Assembly (NCBI GenBank): GCA_964188305.1
Contig: OZ076889.1
Strand: one strand, 5' to 3'
Length of the DNA stretch: 64,000 nt
From: Podarcis bocagei
Taxonomy: Eukaryota
A model generated the notes under the pieces. That model ran no database searches and was not told the DNA's origin. It saw only the letters and a program-made list of their open reading frames with translations. Positions 60,001-64,000 of the stretch are shown here, piece after piece. Positions within the stretch are counted from its first letter, which is position 1. Each line of letters starts with the position of its first letter. A program made the translations under genes and the position numbers.

Positions 60001-63000
60001 ACGTAAACGATAGCATGGTTATAGGTTGTTCTAAACCTAAACATCACCATGGAGCTCTGTATCAAAAGTATGAAAACCTACTTTAAAAGTAGAGGCAATG
60101 TTGTCGTATCGGTCCAGGTCATGCTGCCTCAAAATTTAACTATGTAAGGAGTGATGAAACAATCATTCTTTGCAGCTTTTATAATGTGATAACTAGGCAT
60201 AATGAAAACCAGTAGCCTGGTAGCGTTTAACAACCCCTCTGCCCCCCAATCTTCGGGCAAGCGACTTAAAACAAAAAGCAAGAGGGGAGGACAGATACAA
60301 CAGAAGGTTTAGTGTCACCCCAGGATTACAGGGCCTTGAAGAGGAAGTAGCTGTGCATCACTTTTCAGTTTCTGAGTACAGTGGTACCTCATTTTTCGAA
60401 CATAATTCGTTCCGGAAGTCCGTTTGAATTCCGAAATGCTCAAAAACCAAAAGCCTCAAAACCGAAAACTCAAAACAGAAGCTGCATTTCCTGTTCAACT
60501 TCTGAGGCACGTTCAAAAACCAAGGCACTTAGTTCCAGGTTTCCGATGTTTGAGTTCCAAAACATTCAACTACAAAGGCGTTCGAAAACCGAGGTACCAC
60601 TGTACTGCATGTCAAAGCTGGAATTGCAGCATCAAGACTCCTCTTTATATTTATTACCTGGAGGACCTTTGATTGGAGTTTTAGGTGACTCAATATGATC
60701 TCTGTGAATGGATTTTGGACGTGGCTTCTTTTGTTTGGACATGTGGAGGCGAGGCTTTATGACAATGTCCATATCTTCCATCAGTTTCAGCTGCTTCCGC
60801 CTTATATATTCTTGCTTAATAAACTCTCGACGTGCTCTTTCATCTTCCTTCTTCTGACGTTCTTCCTCAGACTTCCTCCTTAGAAATTCAGCATCGCCAT
60901 TAGCAAAACCATCCTTCTCACAAACTAAAACCAATTTTTCTGATTATAAGTTACCCAAATGCTAAGTATCTCTGTTACATTCCCAGAACATATCCTGGTC
61001 TCCAAATTTTAGTGTACATATTTTAACTGTATGCTCATGCTAAGCTTTGTGGAGCAATTCACACAAGTACTGGCATAGTCCTAAAGATCCAGTTGAACCA
61101 GATTAGGGTAAATATTAAGTGAAATGCCCCTTAGTACTTCAGTACCACCTAACACTTTAGTATTGTGTACCCGTATATATCAAGTGGCTTTTTAGGTTTC
61201 TTGGTAATATTCAAAGAATAATTATTTTGAAAGTTTAATATTCCTTAGTTATGCAAGAAATTTATTTTAGAATGTTCACATTTTCACATTTAACTGAAGG
61301 TCAAGATTGGATACACAGCGTTTCATTCATTCTGAACACAGGAAAGCTGCAAATAGCTTCTCTTTGCGAGTGATTGTTGCAATGGCTGATGTAGGTGCCT
61401 TTTTGCTCACTGAAGGGGTGAGGCACAGCCACACCAATGTGTGGCCGTGCCTCTTTCAGCTTTTTTAGATGTGGCAGCCATTTTGTGTTATGCCACATCT
61501 CTGGGCATCCATTTTGTGACTAGCTTTCTAAAATTTCCAAATGTGTCCCACTGGCCTAAAAAGGTTGGTGACACCTATCTTAATCAGTTAGTAGAAGGTT
61601 TTAAGTGGTCTTAGCATAGGAAACAGTTTGACAACAAGGATCCCTCGTAGGGTATAGCAATTAGGCGTCTGATTTCTAAATTTAACTCTCTCAGAAGATT
61701 AGCATCTGCAGTTGATCTTACTTTGTTTCTTCTTTCTTATATTCCAACTCTGCTTCCAGTTGCTGCTTCCGAAGTAAGGTTTCTCTTTCCCTTCTCAATC
61801 GCTTCTCCAGCAATGCCGCCCGTTTCACTGCCATTTCGTTTTCAGCCTTTTGATCATCCTTGAAGCAACATTTAGGAAGGAATGTCAATCATTATCTCAA
61901 CATTGGTAGAAGACTTTATCCACAGTACAGCCATTGAACTAAAATGGATTGAGATCAAGAGAGAAATTTAAAGATTGGTCTGAAGCAGGGGTGTGGCACC
62001 TGGGGCTTCCAGATGTTGCTGAACTACAGCTCCCATCACTCTGATCATCGGTCATGCTGATTGGGACTGATGGGGCCAGAAACACGTGGACCGGCACAGG
62101 TTCGTCATCTCTGGTCTAAAGTTACTGAGACAACTATACCGAATTATGCAAGGTGTAAGGTAAAGGTAAAGGGACCCCTGACCATTAGGTCCAGTCGTGG
62201 CCGACTCGGGGGTTGCGGCGCTCATCTCGCTTTATTGGCCGAGGAAGCCGGCGTACAGCTTCTGGGTCATGTGGCCAGCAGGACCAAGCCGCTTCTGGAG
62301 AACCAGAGCAGCGCATGGAAATGCCGTTTACCTTCCCGCCAGAAGGTACCTCCCCTATTTATCTACTTGCACTTTGACGTGCTTTCAAACTGCTAGGTTG
62401 GTAGGAGCAGGGACCGAGCAACGGGAGCTCACCACGTCGCAGAGTTTCGAACCACCGACCTTCTGATTGGTTTAACCCACAGCACCACCCGTGTCCCAAG
62501 CATGCAAGGTCTAGTACTTATTAAAATTAGATTGTTCAGTTGTAGTATTATACCCCACTGGTAGCTATGCTAGATTAACCACTCCTCTATAAAGGATCAC
62601 ACTCCACTATGGACAGAGCACGTCTGTATTACACTCAACCGCAATTCTGTAACCTATGATGTGGTTTATTTACAATACATTTGCAGGGAGAAGTGGATAC
62701 AACTCCACTTGCAGAGGAGCTTAAATCATTTATTATCTGCCCTAGTGTTTTATTTTGAACAATACACGATGGTGAGAAAGGCAACAGAGGCGAGTCATTC
62801 CCCAGCTCCTACCTGTTGCAACTGTGCTTCAAAACAGCTTCTCAGGCAGGTGCTTAGCAAGCTGTTTGGAGCATGACTGTGAGGGTGGACGATTCACGGG
62901 AAGAGTTAACCAAACACAAGCCTCCCAGGTCCCACTCACCATAGACTCTTGCCATACCCTCTGTTACACAGGCCCTGACCACCTGCCCACCCCCACCAGA

Positions 63001-64000
63001 GGCAAAAAGATCCTAAATGCATGCTTGTGATGTTCTCGTTCACTTACCTTGAAAAAGAATCCACAGCACACTTTTTGGTCATCTTCCAATTGTTCCTTGT
63101 CACTCTCACCCTCTGATTTCTCAACAGACTCTTCTGACTTTTCCGGTGGCTTCAAGTCTGTGAGGGAAACTTCTATGAGGTTAACAGTTTTGGATGCAGG
63201 TTCTGCAAATCCTGGCGGGTTCAGCACCTCTTCATTTGGGGTAAGGCAGACAGTTTCTGTAATGGGCTGCGAAAGTACTTCAGACACTGTAGATTCCAGA
63301 GGCCTGGCCGGTTTTTCCTCTGGCTTCTCATTTTCTGCCTGTTCTGCTTCTTTCTCACCTGCTGCTTCTTTGTCAGCCTCTCCCGTTGTATTTTTGACCT
63401 TCAAGCGGTTACGTTCACCGTCATCTCCAAAACAAACAAAGGATCTAGTTTGAATTGATGCCTGACTTGGAGAAAATCTTCTCAAACGAGGAAGGCTGTC
63501 CACAGATCGCGGTGCAGTCAAAGTGCGATTCAAAGGTGCTAATTTCAGTTCATTTGGCCTAGGAGTCCTTTGCATTTTACTGGGGAGAGTGGAATTCTTC
63601 CTAGAGGATGACTGTGGGGACTGGTGGGAAGATCGGGGAGATTCCACGGAAAATGGGGCAATAGGGAAGGGTGAGCCTGCAAACCTTAATGAAGGCTTCA
63701 GCTCCTGAACCTGCTTCTGAGGAGAAGGCTGAGGTGGTGAAATAACCCAAGCCTGTTGCTCCCTCATCTGCATTAGCATCTCTTGCTGAAGTGAGAGGCG
63801 TTGCATTTCTTGCTGCAGGAAATGAAGAGAAGAATTGAGCTTCTCAATAGATTTTGTATATTCCAGAAGGTCACCGTCATTTAAGTTTTCTTCCGAGGGG
63901 CTCACCAAATTGCATTGCTTTTCTATATCAACCGGTGTGTTGGGGGACTTCAGCCATTTCACGTGAGGATTTTCAGTGCTTGCTTTAATTGCCTCTGTGG
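56749..64000 (-). CDS. CAMSAP2: Calmodulin-regulated spectrin-associated protein 2, 3' portion (7 coding exons; coiled coils and CKK domain)
   Basis: Exons >64000-63048, 61858-61722, 60878-60658, 59768-59699, 58411-58296, 57897-57779 and 57054-56749 splice in phase. The C-terminus HSHLWQSKRPVTPKKLLPTKA* matches CAMSAP2 as recalled. Confidence 0.95.
57779..57897 (-). CDS. CAMSAP2: CAMSAP2 exon (PKLYKEPSAKSNKHIIQNALAHCCLAGKVNEGQKNKILE; start of CKK domain)
   Basis: 119 nt, phase 1/0, GTAAGG donor. Confidence 0.94.
58296..58411 (-). CDS. CAMSAP2: CAMSAP2 exon (SESVEGFVSPSRCGSRNGEKDWENASTTSSVASATEYT)
   Basis: 116 nt, phase 2/1. Confidence 0.92.
58833..59365 (+). mobile_element. BovB (RTE-clade) LINE 3' fragment
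   Basis: ORF RVPWTARRS...LKLRLQYFGHLMRREDSLEKTLMLGK...; (CAA)n tail; 11-bp TSD ATCCTGTGTGT at 58822-58832 and 59366-59376. Confidence 0.92.
59699..59768 (-). CDS. CAMSAP2: CAMSAP2 exon (SSLSLASLNTGDDSVQSGKRTP)
   Basis: 70 nt, cctcag acceptor, GTAAAT donor, phase 1/2. Confidence 0.88.
60379..60602. mobile_element. Tigger-like MITE
   Basis: TIRs CAGTGGTACCTC / GAGGTACCACTG with TA TSD. Confidence 0.85.
60658..60878 (-). CDS. CAMSAP2: CAMSAP2 exon (RKSEEERQKKEDERARREFIKQEY...TPIKGPP)
   Basis: 221 nt, phase 2/1. Confidence 0.93.
61722..61858 (-). CDS. CAMSAP2: CAMSAP2 exon (DDQKAENEMAVKRAALLEKRLRREKET...)
   Basis: 137 nt, phase 0/2, GTAAGA donor. Confidence 0.92.
61986..62113. mobile_element. 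Short hAT-type MITE (related to 46175-46303)
   Basis: CAGGGG start and CTCTG end; TSD GTCTGAAG/GTCTAAAG. Confidence 0.62.
62155..62501 (-). mobile_element. Sauria-type SINE, near full length
   Basis: (AAAGGT)n tail, GGTTCGAAAC B box on the minus strand; 9-bp TSD ATGCAAGGT at 62146-62154 and 62502-62510. Confidence 0.9.
63048..64000 (-). CDS. CAMSAP2: CAMSAP2 large central exon (partial; ends ...DDQKVCCGFFFK)
   Basis: ORF 62964..63962; AAG|GTAAGT donor. Confidence 0.93.

Overview
Vertebrate genomic DNA, most likely a squamate (lizard), inferred from Sauria-type SINEs, a BovB LINE and lizard-type L2 and MITE families. Three spliced protein-coding genes lie in tandem on the minus strand. (1) The 3' half of CAMSAP2: 7 coding exons, 56749 to >64000, ending in the CKK domain. 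(2) A complete WDR47: 14 coding exons, 13096-35447, 2736 nt = 911 aa plus stop, all GT-AG with consistent phases, and a CpG-island promoter/first exon at about 48.6-49.7 kb. (3) The 5' part of CLCC1: 3 coding exons, 437-4466, with a CpG-island promoter at about 7.0-7.8 kb. Introns and intergenic DNA are dense in transposable elements (L2, CR1, Rex1/Babar, BovB, Sauria and tRNA SINEs, Tc1/mariner-pogo and hAT MITEs, a Penelope-like remnant). The most unusual structure is a 2.05-kb non-autonomous TA-targeting DNA transposon (8288-10333) nested in a Sauria SINE between the WDR47 3' end and the CLCC1 promoter; its interior is a CpG-rich tandem array of long palindromes. A second, unrelated hAT element carries a 60-bp hairpin minisatellite. 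WDR47 also lies directly downstream of CAMSAP2, a member of the family its protein binds. Gene and repeat family names rest on recalled sequences and motifs, not database searches.
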